64,000 nt of DNA from NCBI GenBank assembly GCA_038244685.1, contig JBBRTD010000002.1, positions 2,924 to 66,923 of the forward strand. The letters run 5' to 3'. The notes below the pieces were generated by a model, which did not search any database, was not told the origin of the DNA, and saw only the letters and a list, made by a program, of their open reading frames with translations. The position numbers were made by a program, and so were the translations under genes. Shown here in pieces: positions 10,020 to 19,022 of this stretch. Each line of letters starts with the position of its first letter. Within the stretch, counting starts at the first letter, position 1. This DNA is from Minisyncoccia bacterium. GTDB lineage: Bacteria; Patescibacteriota; Minisyncoccia; Phycocordibacterales; UBA9973.

Positions 10020-11459
10020 ATGGCCCTAAATAAACCTAACAAAATTCAGATAATTAAGTATGCTCCACCACCACCTGACCTTCCCACTCTTGGTAGAGTA
10101 GATCCTGGAGATGTGGCTTTTATCGGCCGAACAAACTATGTTGCTTCTTTAGAGGAAAAGAGGTTTGTTTTTGGTATTAAGCGTATCGATAGAAGACGAC
10201 ATATGTATATTATCGGCAAGTCAGGAGTAGGTAAATCTAAACTTCAAGAATTAATGATTCGTCAGGATATAGCTTATGGTCATGGTGTTTGTGTCATTGA
10301 TCCTCACGGAGAACTTATCGAAGATATATTAAATTTTATTCCAGAAGATCGCATTGAAGATGTTTGTATTATTGATCCTGGGGATGTAGAATATCCTTCT
10401 TCTTTTAATCCACTTTCAAACATTGATCCTACTTTTAAACATCAGCTTACTCAAGGATTGATAGAAGTTTTACGTAAACAATTTGGTTCGAATTGGTCTC
10501 CGCGTCTTGAGCACGTTTTTCGCTTTACCGTTCTTGCTTTGCTTGATTATCCTCATGCCACAATGCGTGGAATGATTTCAATGCTAACCGACCGAAATTA
10601 TCGTCAGAAGGTTGTTGAATATATACAAGATGATATGGTTAAACGTTTTTGGGCTATTGAATTTGCTGATTGGTCTGAGAAATTTGATACGGATGCGATT
10701 ATTCCTTTGGTGAATAAACTTGGGCAGTTTTTGTCTGATCCGATGCTTCGTAATATTTTTGGACAGAAAGAAAATAAAATTGATATTGAAAAATTAATGA
10801 ATGAACAAAAAATTCTTTTGATTAATCTTTCAAAGGGAAAAATAGGGGAGGAGAATTCCTCTTTCTTTGGGTCAATGTTTTTAACAAAAATTAAACAGGC
10901 TGGTATGGCCCGCGCCAAATTAGAGCCAAAAGACCGCGCTGACTTTTATCTTTATGTTGATGAATTTCAGAATATTGTGACAGATACATTTGAGAATATT
11001 CTTTCTGAAGCTCGTAAGTATGGATTGAACCTTGTTATTGCTCATCAATATATTGCTCAGCTTTTACCGAAAGTTCAACAGGCGGTACTTGGAAATGTCG
11101 GATCAATCGTTACTTTTCGTGTTGGCGGTGATGATGCCACTAAGTTGAAGCCAGAGTTTGCTCCAGTCTTTGATGTAAAAGATATGATTAACTTAGGTGT
11201 GGGAGAATTTTATATTAAAATGACAATAGATGGTGAAAGTTATGATCCATTTTCTGGAGAGACATTGCGTGTTCTTCCTGCGACACATCCATCTTATAGA
11301 CAAAAAGTTATCGATGCGTCACGCCGTAAATATTCTATTTCCTCTGGTGATGCTCAGAAGCTAATTATCGAAGAAGAAGCTACTATCATAAGATCAGCTC
11401 AAGAAAAAGCTGCTATTTCAGAAAATAAAGAAGAAAAAGAAAATCAGCCTCTTATTTAG
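10020..11459 (+). CDS. VirD4/TraG/TrwB-like P-loop ATPase (type IV secretion coupling-protein-like DNA-binding ATPase domain), with no N-terminal TM anchor
   Basis: Walker A IIGKSGVGKS, a DPHGE motif shortly after it, and Walker B YLYVDEFQN followed by AHQ. It is paralogous (~50% identity by eye) to the 13039-15243 protein. Confidence 0.55.
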   Translation: MALNKPNKIQIIKYAPPPPDLPTLGRVDPGDVAFIGRTNYVASLEEKRFVFGIKRIDRRRHMYIIGKSGVGKSKLQELMIRQDIAYGHGVCVIDPHGELIEDILNFIPEDRIEDVCIIDPGDVEYPSSFNPLSNIDPTFKHQLTQGLIEVLRKQFGSNWSPRLEHVFRFTVLALLDYPHATMRGMISMLTDRNYRQKVVEYIQDDMVKRFWAIEFADWSEKFDTDAIIPLVNKLGQFLSDPMLRNIFGQKENKIDIEKLMNEQKILLINLSKGKIGEENSSFFGSMFLTKIKQAGMARAKLEPKDRADFYLYVDEFQNIVTDTFENILSEARKYGLNLVIAHQYIAQLLPKVQQAVLGNVGSIVTFRVGGDDATKLKPEFAPVFDVKDMINLGVGEFYIKMTIDGESYDPFSGETLRVLPATHPSYRQKVIDASRRKYSISSGDAQKLIIEEEATIIRSAQEKAAISENKEEKENQPLI

Positions 11460-11551
11460 TTCATAAATCAACTTAATATTATTCATTTGATTTTTAACGT
11501 AAAGTGTTACAATTGTCAGATAGGGTCGCATTTTAATTATCTATATATTTT

Positions 11552-11857
11552 ATGGTATTTATATATACAACATGTAAAAACATGGATGAGGCACAGGAGC
11601 TCGGGGGTTTGATTATAAGTAAGAAAATAGCCGCATGCGTGGATTTTTGGCCAATATCATCCTGCTTTAGCTGGAAGGGTAACCTTCAATGTGTATCTCA
11701 GGCAATGCTTTTAATCACGACCTTTGAATCTAAACTAGAAAGTGTTAATGAAATTATTTCACAAAATCACACCTACAGCATTCCTCTTATAGCAGGAGTT
11801 GATGTGAGGCGTATAAATCATCCCTATAAAGAATGGATGATGGAAGAAATAATATAA
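11552..11857 (+). CDS. cutA: Divalent-cation tolerance protein CutA
   Basis: YTTCKN.DEAQELGGLIISKKIAACV...SWKG......E..LLITT......V...I...H.Y..P.I matches the CutA1 fold consensus at ~100 aa. Confidence 0.75.
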   Translation: MVFIYTTCKNMDEAQELGGLIISKKIAACVDFWPISSCFSWKGNLQCVSQAMLLITTFESKLESVNEIISQNHTYSIPLIAGVDVRRINHPYKEWMMEEII

Positions 11858-12294
11858 TGTCTAATCCTATGAATTCTAAAAAAATTTTAATTTTTGGTGT
11901 GTTTGATGGTGTTCATGATGGACACCTGGCTTTTATTAATGAGGCTAAAAAGAAAGGGGATCATCTTGTTGCTATTGTTGCCCGTGATAGTATTGTTAAA
12001 GAATTAAAGGGTAAAATTCCAAAATATAATGAAGTGGAGAGAATAAATGAGCTTTTGCTGATACCTGGGGTAGATTTAGTTTTTTTAGGTGATGCGAAGA
12101 CAGGAACATATAGTATTTTAAAAGAAATAAAACCCGATATTATATTTTTAGGTTATGATCAGGATGCTTTATTTGTTAATTTAAGTGAATCAATTAAAAA
12201 AGGTATTTTGCCAAAGATAGAAATCATTCGGGGTAATTCATATAAGCCAGAAATTTTTCACTCATCGATTTTAAATATAAATAAAAATATCTGA
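11857..12294 (+). CDS. Cytidylyl/adenylyl-transferase-like nucleotidyltransferase (HxGH family; FMN adenylyltransferase-like or glycerol-3-P cytidylyltransferase-like)
   Basis: (H/T)xGH motif FDGVHDGH near the N-terminus with a Rossmann-like pattern. The start is chosen at the ATG overlapping the cutA stop (TAATG); the ORF track extends to 11833. Confidence 0.6.
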   Translation: MSNPMNSKKILIFGVFDGVHDGHLAFINEAKKKGDHLVAIVARDSIVKELKGKIPKYNEVERINELLLIPGVDLVFLGDAKTGTYSILKEIKPDIIFLGYDQDALFVNLSESIKKGILPKIEIIRGNSYKPEIFHSSILNINKNI

Positions 12295-12324
12295 AATTTA
12301 ATTAAATTTCAGATATTTTTTTTA
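12288..12324. terminator. Bidirectional terminator hairpin (atctgaaattt aattaa atttcagat + T-run) between convergent genes
   Basis: Perfect inverted repeat followed by a run of 8 T residues. Confidence 0.65.
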
Positions 12325-12945
12325 TTAGATTCTTTTAATTGATTCACTTCTTTTTTCAATTTTCCACCATTTAATTATTAGCGGTAGGGTATCACCAATG
12401 CAGTAAATAAAAAATGCTACAGGAAATATGACATTTTTTAATTGCCAGTCAGGGGCATTATAAATTGAAAGAATGTAAACAACTAAAAAAAGAACGTAGC
12501 TCGTGAGTGTTATACGTGACCCTGGTTTTTTCCAAGATTTTTTCATTTGAGGCCATCCTGCAATAATTTCGGCAATTACAGCTAGAGTTAACCCTAATAA
12601 ATTCGATCCTGAGTAAAGCCATAAGAAAACAACAACAAACACAATAGATAGTGTTATAGACTCATCCTTGGTCCATCTCTTTTTTTTATCATACTTTATA
12701 AGTAGTATTGATACTGAGAATGAGCCTAGGATGCACCCAAAAACCAACATGAGGGAAGAGCTTTGTTCTTCAATTGCTGTTATATATACCAATACATCAA
12801 GTATTGACCATAACAGATTTGTGAAAAAACTTTGACTCTTCATTCCTCGCTTTTTGAATATTCCAACTATGAGAATTGCATAAGCTGAAATTGTAACAGT
12901 AAGGATTAACCAATCCATCGATGTTACTGGGAATATTTTTTCCAT
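12325..12945 (-). CDS. Hypothetical integral membrane protein (6 predicted TM helices)
   Basis: Hydrophobicity pattern only. Confidence 0.4.
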   Translation of the reverse strand: MEKIFPVTSMDWLILTVTISAYAILIVGIFKKRGMKSQSFFTNLLWSILDVLVYITAIEEQSSSLMLVFGCILGSFSVSILLIKYDKKKRWTKDESITLSIVFVVVFLWLYSGSNLLGLTLAVIAEIIAGWPQMKKSWKKPGSRITLTSYVLFLVVYILSIYNAPDWQLKNVIFPVAFFIYCIGDTLPLIIKWWKIEKRSESIKRI

Positions 12946-13038
12946 AATGAGTCTTTTCTAAACTCTAAGCCCAGGGGTGTATTTTGTCAACAGTAATTTG
13001 CTTATGCTTCTCTTTTATTGTTATAATAAGAGTAATAT

Positions 13039-15243
13039 ATGGAAAAAGAAATTCCTCATAATCGTGACATAACTTATTTTGCTAAGACGAACTTTCGTAA
13101 TAGTAATGACATCTTTGGTATAAAAAGAAAAGATCGTCGCCAGCATATGTATATCCTCGGTAAGTCAGGTACTGGTAAATCCGTGCTCCTCTCTAATCTT
13201 ATTGTACAGAATATTCAAAACGGAGAAGGTGTCTGTGTGGTTGATCCTCATGGAGAGCTTGTCGAGGAAATTTTACATCTTATTCCAGAACATAGAACTA
13301 AGGATGTTATTTATTTTAATCCAGCAGATGCAGATTTTCATATTGGATTTAATGTTATACAGCTAGATGATCCTAAATATAAACACTTAGTAGCATCAGG
13401 ACTCATGGGAATTTTCACTAAGATTTGGGCGAATGCTTGGAGTTCTCGTATGGAATATATTTTGAATAATGCAATTCTTGCTCTTCTTGATACTCCAGGG
13501 ACAACACTATTGGGAATTCCTCGTCTTCTTGTCGACAAAGATTATCGTCAAATGATAATTGGAAATTTGAAAGACCCTGTTGTTAAAGCTTTCTGGGTCC
13601 ATGAATATGAACAATGGCGTGAACAGTTCCGAAATGAAGCCATTGCTCCTATTCAGAATAAAGTTGGTCAATTCCTTTCAACTTCAATCATTCGTAATGT
13701 TGTGGGTCAGCCAAAATCAACTATCGATATATTTAAGATAATGAATGAGGGTAAGATTTTTCTTGTAAACGTTTCAAAGGGACGTATTGGGGAAGATAAC
13801 TCTGCTCTTTTGGGTGGAATGATTATTACAAAAATTCAACTTGCCGCTATGGAACGTGTTCGTATTCCAGAGGATGAACGAAAAGACTTTTATCTTTATG
13901 TTGATGAATTTCAAAACTTTGCGACTGATGCCTTTGCCAATATTCTTTCTGAAGCTCGTAAGTATCGTCTAAATCTTACTGTCGCCCACCAGTACACAGC
14001 TCAGCTTGAAAATAAAGATGGTTCGAAGGTTCGTGATGCTGTTTTTGGCAACGTTGGAACAATGATAATCTTTCGCGTAGGAGCTGATGATGCAGACTTT
14101 TTGGAAAAAGAATTTGAGCCAGAATTTACAGCTCAAGATTTGGTTAATTTACCGAACTACAATATTTATTTAAAGCTTATGATTGATGGTATTACCAGCC
14201 GACCTTTTTCGGCAACAACCTTACCTCCAATGAAGGTAGATGCAACTTCCGGGGTAAAGGATAAAATTATAGAATCTTCTCGTAAACTTTATACAAGATC
14301 ACGTGAAGAAGTTGAAGGTGAGATATCTAGATGGAGTGGAATGCTTCAAGTTGGAGAAGGTGAAGCTAAGTATAAGGCTGACTGTTCAAATTGTGGTAAA
14401 TCTACGATGGTTCCTTTTGAACCTCAAGAAGGAAGACCTGTCTACTGTAAAGAATGTATGTTCAAAATTAAAAGTGGTGAACTTAAGCCGGAAACTGGTT
14501 TCGTTGCTTCTCGTTCTTCTCGCCAAGAAGAGAAGGTTTCGACTGCACCCTTGGCTGCCCTTGGTATCGAATTTCCTGTAACTGACATGAATTTTAGAGT
14601 TTCCAAGAATAAAGAACAAGCAAAAATATTAGTACAAAATAATCACGAAAATAGTAATCATTCTAATTATAATAAAAATAGTCATACGAATAATGTATCC
14701 AATAACCATGGTGATCTAAATAAAACTCCATATGTTAAACAAGAGAAGCGACACACTGGCCCGTCTCCACTTTTAAAAGGTTTATTGCAAAAGATTGGAA
14801 TAAGTAACGATAAAAAAGAAGTTCCAATTAAGGCAGAATCTATCGAAGTAAAAAAGGAAGTACCGGCTTCTATTTCTCTTTCTTCTCTTAAAAAAGAAGA
14901 GCCTAAAGAAGCTAGGAAAGATTTTGTTGTTGCAGTAAAGGAAGCCTCTGAGGAGAAAAAGGCTTCTCTTAAGGATTTACTTGCAAAGACAGCCAATCAT
15001 ATAAATCCGAACATTATTTCCAAAAAAGAAGAAGTAAAAATAGAAAATAATAAAGTAGAAGAATCTAAAAAAGTTGAGTCAGCTCCTGTTTTGGTCCCAG
15101 AAATAAAAGAGGAAATTATTGTTCCTAAAATAAATGAAGAGAAAATAAAACAAACAGATACTATTTCAGATTCGCTCTCTTGGCAAAAACGTAAAACAAA
15201 AAAAGAAGTTCCTGAGGATGTACTTCGCAAAATTTTAGAATAA
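13039..15243 (+). CDS. VirD4/TrwB-like P-loop ATPase paralog with a C-terminal CxxC...CxxC zinc ribbon and a ~250-aa Lys/Glu/Ser-rich low-complexity tail
   Basis: Walker A ILGKSGTGKS, a DPHGE motif, and Walker B YLYVDEFQN followed by AHQ. The zinc ribbon is CSNCGKSTMVPFEPQEGRPVYCKECMF. The tail is rich in K, E, S and N. Confidence 0.55.
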   Translation: MEKEIPHNRDITYFAKTNFRNSNDIFGIKRKDRRQHMYILGKSGTGKSVLLSNLIVQNIQNGEGVCVVDPHGELVEEILHLIPEHRTKDVIYFNPADADFHIGFNVIQLDDPKYKHLVASGLMGIFTKIWANAWSSRMEYILNNAILALLDTPGTTLLGIPRLLVDKDYRQMIIGNLKDPVVKAFWVHEYEQWREQFRNEAIAPIQNKVGQFLSTSIIRNVVGQPKSTIDIFKIMNEGKIFLVNVSKGRIGEDNSALLGGMIITKIQLAAMERVRIPEDERKDFYLYVDEFQNFATDAFANILSEARKYRLNLTVAHQYTAQLENKDGSKVRDAVFGNVGTMIIFRVGADDADFLEKEFEPEFTAQDLVNLPNYNIYLKLMIDGITSRPFSATTLPPMKVDATSGVKDKIIESSRKLYTRSREEVEGEISRWSGMLQVGEGEAKYKADCSNCGKSTMVPFEPQEGRPVYCKECMFKIKSGELKPETGFVASRSSRQEEKVSTAPLAALGIEFPVTDMNFRVSKNKEQAKILVQNNHENSNHSNYNKNSHTNNVSNNHGDLNKTPYVKQEKRHTGPSPLLKGLLQKIGISNDKKEVPIKAESIEVKKEVPASISLSSLKKEEPKEARKDFVVAVKEASEEKKASLKDLLAKTANHINPNIISKKEEVKIENNKVEESKKVESAPVLVPEIKEEIIVPKINEEKIKQTDTISDSLSWQKRKTKKEVPEDVLRKILE

Positions 15244-15263
15244 TTTATTAATTAAATTTTTTT

Positions 15264-16712
15264 ATGATTAATTTAAATAAAAAATATACAACTTTTATTT
15301 TAATAATAGTGTTTTTTGTTTGTTCTCGATCTGTTTTTGCAAATTTTGAAATTACAGAAATAATGTATGACTTAGATGGAACTGATTCAGATCGAGAGTG
15401 GGTGGAAGTTAAGAATGTCGGTTCATATAGTGTTGATTTGTCTAAGTGGTATCTTTTTTCAGATAATTCTAAACATAGTCTTGTTCCGCAAGGTAATTCT
15501 ATTGTTCCATCTGGTAGTTATGTAATTATTGCTCAAAATCCATCTAAATTTAATGTAGATTGGCCAAACTTTTCAGGTTTATTATTTGATAGTAGCTGGA
15601 CTGGACTTAATAATGAAAGCGATTCTTTGTCTCTTAAAGATCCAGATTTGAATATACAAAGCCCTATTTCATTTAATTCCAGTTTAGGAGGAGACGGTGA
15701 TGGTAATTCCTTGCAGCTTATAGGTAGTTTGTGGAAGGCGGCCAGTCCTACTCCTGGTTTAATTAACGAGGTAACTAATGATGACAATTCAAATGCTATT
15801 ACTCAAAGTAGCTCTAGCGTGAATACAGATATTTCGAATTCAAATATTATAGATAAAAAAGAATTAGAAAATCCTAAAATCGTAACACAAATTATTACTA
15901 GTAAAATTGTGACAGCTGGAGTTCCGTTTATTATCGATCACGTAACTATTGGATTGAAAAAGGAAAAAATTGTTTTAGGTAAATTTACTTGGAATTTTGG
16001 AGATGGAATGCTGAGAGAATCTACTACTTCCGATCCTTTTGAATATATTTATAAATATCCTGGTGAATACGTGCTTAACCTTTCTTATTGTAGTTCTGTC
16101 TTTTGTATTAAGCCTGATGCTACAGATAGAATAATAGTAAAAGTTATTTCTTCTGGTGTAAATATAATATCTATTGGTAGCAAAAGCGACCCATATATAG
16201 AAATTGAGAATAATTCAAATTATGAAATAGCTTTGTATAATTGGATTATTAAGGGGAGTAACCATACTTTTACTATACCTCAAGGTATGATAATTCTCGC
16301 GAATAAAAAGTTAAAGTTATCACCTATTGTCACAGGTTTTGATTTCAATGATTTAAGCTCTGTAAGTATAATTGATAAAACTGGGCAAGTCTTTTCAACT
16401 TATCCAAATACAAATTATTCATTATTAAAAAATTATTCTAGTAAAAATTCCCCAAATAATTATATTAAATCAGATTCACCAAAAATTAAAGAAACTCAAA
16501 ACACACAGGAAGTTATCAATTTAAATGACCTTGGTTCTAGTGCTGAGAGCTCAAGTAATTTATTATTAAACAATAAATTGTTAATATATTTTGGATTAGC
16601 TAGTGTTATTTTAATTGGAATTGCGAGTGTTGTATTATTTCGCCGTAAAAATAATTACCCAGATTACATCGAGAAAGAGGTGAGTGCTAATGATATGGTA
16701 ATCATTGAATGA
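15264..16712 (+). CDS. Secreted lamin-tail-domain (LTD) protein with two LTD-like modules and a C-terminal TM anchor
   Basis: Signal peptide. EITEIMYDLDGTDSDREWVEVKNVGSYSVDLSKWYL matches the LTD consensus (EI.YNP.G.D...EWIEL.N....VDLSGW.L). A second module is YIEIENNSNYEIALYNWII. The C-terminal hydrophobic helix is followed by RRKNN. Confidence 0.65.
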   Translation: MINLNKKYTTFILIIVFFVCSRSVFANFEITEIMYDLDGTDSDREWVEVKNVGSYSVDLSKWYLFSDNSKHSLVPQGNSIVPSGSYVIIAQNPSKFNVDWPNFSGLLFDSSWTGLNNESDSLSLKDPDLNIQSPISFNSSLGGDGDGNSLQLIGSLWKAASPTPGLINEVTNDDNSNAITQSSSSVNTDISNSNIIDKKELENPKIVTQIITSKIVTAGVPFIIDHVTIGLKKEKIVLGKFTWNFGDGMLRESTTSDPFEYIYKYPGEYVLNLSYCSSVFCIKPDATDRIIVKVISSGVNIISIGSKSDPYIEIENNSNYEIALYNWIIKGSNHTFTIPQGMIILANKKLKLSPIVTGFDFNDLSSVSIIDKTGQVFSTYPNTNYSLLKNYSSKNSPNNYIKSDSPKIKETQNTQEVINLNDLGSSAESSSNLLLNNKLLIYFGLASVILIGIASVVLFRRKNNYPDYIEKEVSANDMVIIE

Positions 16713-16765
16713 AGTATTTTTTTTGAGAGGCTTTATTAAAAAGAAATTTCTGATACAATTGGCGA

Positions 16766-17542
16766 ATGAAGAATAATTTACCTAAAAATCCAAAGGATAC
16801 TTCTTGGAATAGTGTTGCAAGCTGGTATGATGAATTACTAAAAAGTGATGATAGCTATCAGGCTAAGGTTATATTGCCTAATTTACTTAGAATTTTGAAC
16901 TTAGGTGAAGGGGAAAGAGTATATGATCTTGCTTGTGGGCAAGGCTATTTTGCAAATGTTTTTGCTCATATTGGAGCATCTGTTGTGGCCTCCGACTTAT
17001 CAAAAAATTTAATTGAGACAGCAAAGAAGAATTCTAAAGAAAAAATAGCTTTTTATATTTCTCCTGCTCATAATGCACAATTTTTAAAAGATGGAACTAT
17101 TGATACTATTGTTATAGTTTTGGCAATTCAAAATATTGAGAATGTAAACAATGTTTTAGTTGAATGCAATCGAGTCCTTAAAAAAAACGGACGAATAGTT
17201 TTAGTGCTTAATCATCCCGCTTTTAGAGTTCCTCAGGGGTCTGATTGGACTTATGATAATGGAGTACAATCTCGTATTGTAAGTCAGTATTTATCTCCAT
17301 CAAAAATATTTATAGACATGACTCCCGGAGAGAAGAATCCAAAAAAGAAAATTAAAACCATTACTTTCCATCGTTCTCTTCAGGATTATGTTAAGTTATT
17401 TTCTAAGAATGGCTTTGCTATCACTCGTCTTGAGGAGTGGATATCGCACAAACAAAGTCAAACTGGTCCTAGACAAATAGCGGAAGATAAAGCACGTAAA
17501 GAAATTCCAATGTTTATGTGTTTAGAAATAAAGAAGATTTAA
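16766..17542 (+). CDS. Class I SAM-dependent methyltransferase
   Basis: Motif I VYDLACGQGYF, followed by an acidic residue at the end of beta2 (ASDLS). Confidence 0.75.
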   Translation: MKNNLPKNPKDTSWNSVASWYDELLKSDDSYQAKVILPNLLRILNLGEGERVYDLACGQGYFANVFAHIGASVVASDLSKNLIETAKKNSKEKIAFYISPAHNAQFLKDGTIDTIVIVLAIQNIENVNNVLVECNRVLKKNGRIVLVLNHPAFRVPQGSDWTYDNGVQSRIVSQYLSPSKIFIDMTPGEKNPKKKIKTITFHRSLQDYVKLFSKNGFAITRLEEWISHKQSQTGPRQIAEDKARKEIPMFMCLEIKKI

Positions 17543-17543
17543 A

Positions 17544-18125
17544 TTATATAAATTTATTTTTTATAATTTTTGGAATTTTCTTAAAATCTTTTATAAGAGT
17601 TGCCCTTAGGCTTCCATTATAAAGAGCCGCTGCTGGATGGTAAAGAGGAAGAAAAGCTTGGTCTCCCAGTTCGGGAATATATTTAATTATAAGTTTTCCG
17701 TGAATATCTCCGATTTTTTCTCTTGGAAAAAATCGGTGCATTGAATGCCTTCCTAAGAATACAATAAGTTTTGGTTTAATTACCTTAAGTTCTTCTATGA
17801 GCCAATCATTACAATCTTCTTTTTCTTTTGGTTCTGGATCGCGATTATTGGGCGGACGGTATTTGACGATATTAGTAATATAAATATCTTCTCTTTTCTT
17901 CCCTATGGTTTCCAGCATTTCATTTAAGAATTTTCCAGCCGCTCCAATAAAAGGTTTACCTTCTTCGTCCTCTTTTTTCCCTGGTGCTTCACCTATGAAA
18001 ACTATCTCACCATTAGCGTTTCCATTCCCAAAAACTGCTTGAATAGCAGTCTTTTTTAACTTGCACTTACAATTCTTTTTCCAGTATTTATTGAGTTTAT
18101 CTAATTGTTCTCGGTTAGATTCCAT
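17544..18125 (-). CDS. Uracil-DNA glycosylase, family 4 (phage SPO1-type)
   Basis: GEAPG...E motif (FIGEAPGKKEDEEGKPFIGAAGKFL), N-terminal Cys residues, and C-terminal LYHPAA motif. Confidence 0.8.
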   Translation of the reverse strand: MESNREQLDKLNKYWKKNCKCKLKKTAIQAVFGNGNANGEIVFIGEAPGKKEDEEGKPFIGAAGKFLNEMLETIGKKREDIYITNIVKYRPPNNRDPEPKEKEDCNDWLIEELKVIKPKLIVFLGRHSMHRFFPREKIGDIHGKLIIKYIPELGDQAFLPLYHPAAALYNGSLRATLIKDFKKIPKIIKNKFI

Positions 18126-18166
18126 GAGTTATAGTATAGCATTTTGTAATTTGGTATAATAATAAT

Positions 18167-18412
18167 ATGAATAAAAATCTTAAAGACGAAATGATTGGTT
18201 GGTATGGAACGTTAGCTATTGTTTCTGCTTATGCATTATTAAGTTTTGGATTGATATATTCGAACAGTTTAATATATCAAATATTAAATGGTACTGGAGC
18301 GCTCGGTATTGTTTATATTTCATTTAAAAAGAAGGCGTATCAGCCTGCTGTTTTGAATATTATTTGGGCGATTATAGCATCTATTGTTATAATTAAAATA
18401 TTATTATATTAA
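18167..18412 (+). CDS. Hypothetical small membrane protein (2-3 TM)
   Basis: ORF plus hydrophobicity only. Confidence 0.35.
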   Translation: MNKNLKDEMIGWYGTLAIVSAYALLSFGLIYSNSLIYQILNGTGALGIVYISFKKKAYQPAVLNIIWAIIASIVIIKILLY

Positions 18413-18425
18413 TTTATAATTTATC

Positions 18426-18986
18426 ATGAATACACAATATAAAAGTTCTAAATTTGCAACGTTCTCACAATACTTAGCTGCACCTTTAGTTATTGGAATA
18501 TTTTTGTATTATGTAAATATTCTTTTGATGGGGAACATTATAAATGAAGAACTATTCTTCTTGCCATTTTGGGCATGGGCTTCATTTATAGTAATTATAA
18601 ATTTTATTAAATTAAGATATATAAAGGTAAATGAAGATAATATTTTAATGAAATCCCTGAAAGGGGAAGAGGTTCTTTTGTATAAAGATATAGAATGGAT
18701 CAATCAAAATATTTTTGGATCAAATTGGTATATTATTACTATAAAATATAGAGATATTCAAACAAATAAATCAAAAATTATTTTTGTCTTTCCTGAAATG
18801 TATACAAATAAAGAGAACCTTTCTTTTTATAAGGAGCTTAATATGACAAAATATATAAGAGAACAAGCACTCAAAGCTAATCCGTCTTATAGAATAGAGT
18901 ATGAACCATCCCGCTGGTTTTTAACAAAGTGGATCTTCTTATCATTTCTTCCATTTATTTTTCTTTCGTTTCTTTTAATTATTTAA
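18426..18986 (+). CDS. Hypothetical membrane protein
   Basis: ORF plus hydrophobic N- and C-terminal segments. Confidence 0.35.
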   Translation: MNTQYKSSKFATFSQYLAAPLVIGIFLYYVNILLMGNIINEELFFLPFWAWASFIVIINFIKLRYIKVNEDNILMKSLKGEEVLLYKDIEWINQNIFGSNWYIITIKYRDIQTNKSKIIFVFPEMYTNKENLSFYKELNMTKYIREQALKANPSYRIEYEPSRWFLTKWIFLSFLPFIFLSFLLII

Positions 18987-18987
18987 A

Positions 18988-19022
18988 TAAAAACAGCGAG
19001 GCAATGCCTCGCTGTTTTTATT
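18988..19022. terminator. Bidirectional rho-independent terminator (aaaaacagcgagg caat gcctcgctgttttt)
   Basis: 10-bp perfect stem flanked by A- and T-runs, between convergent genes. Confidence 0.75.
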
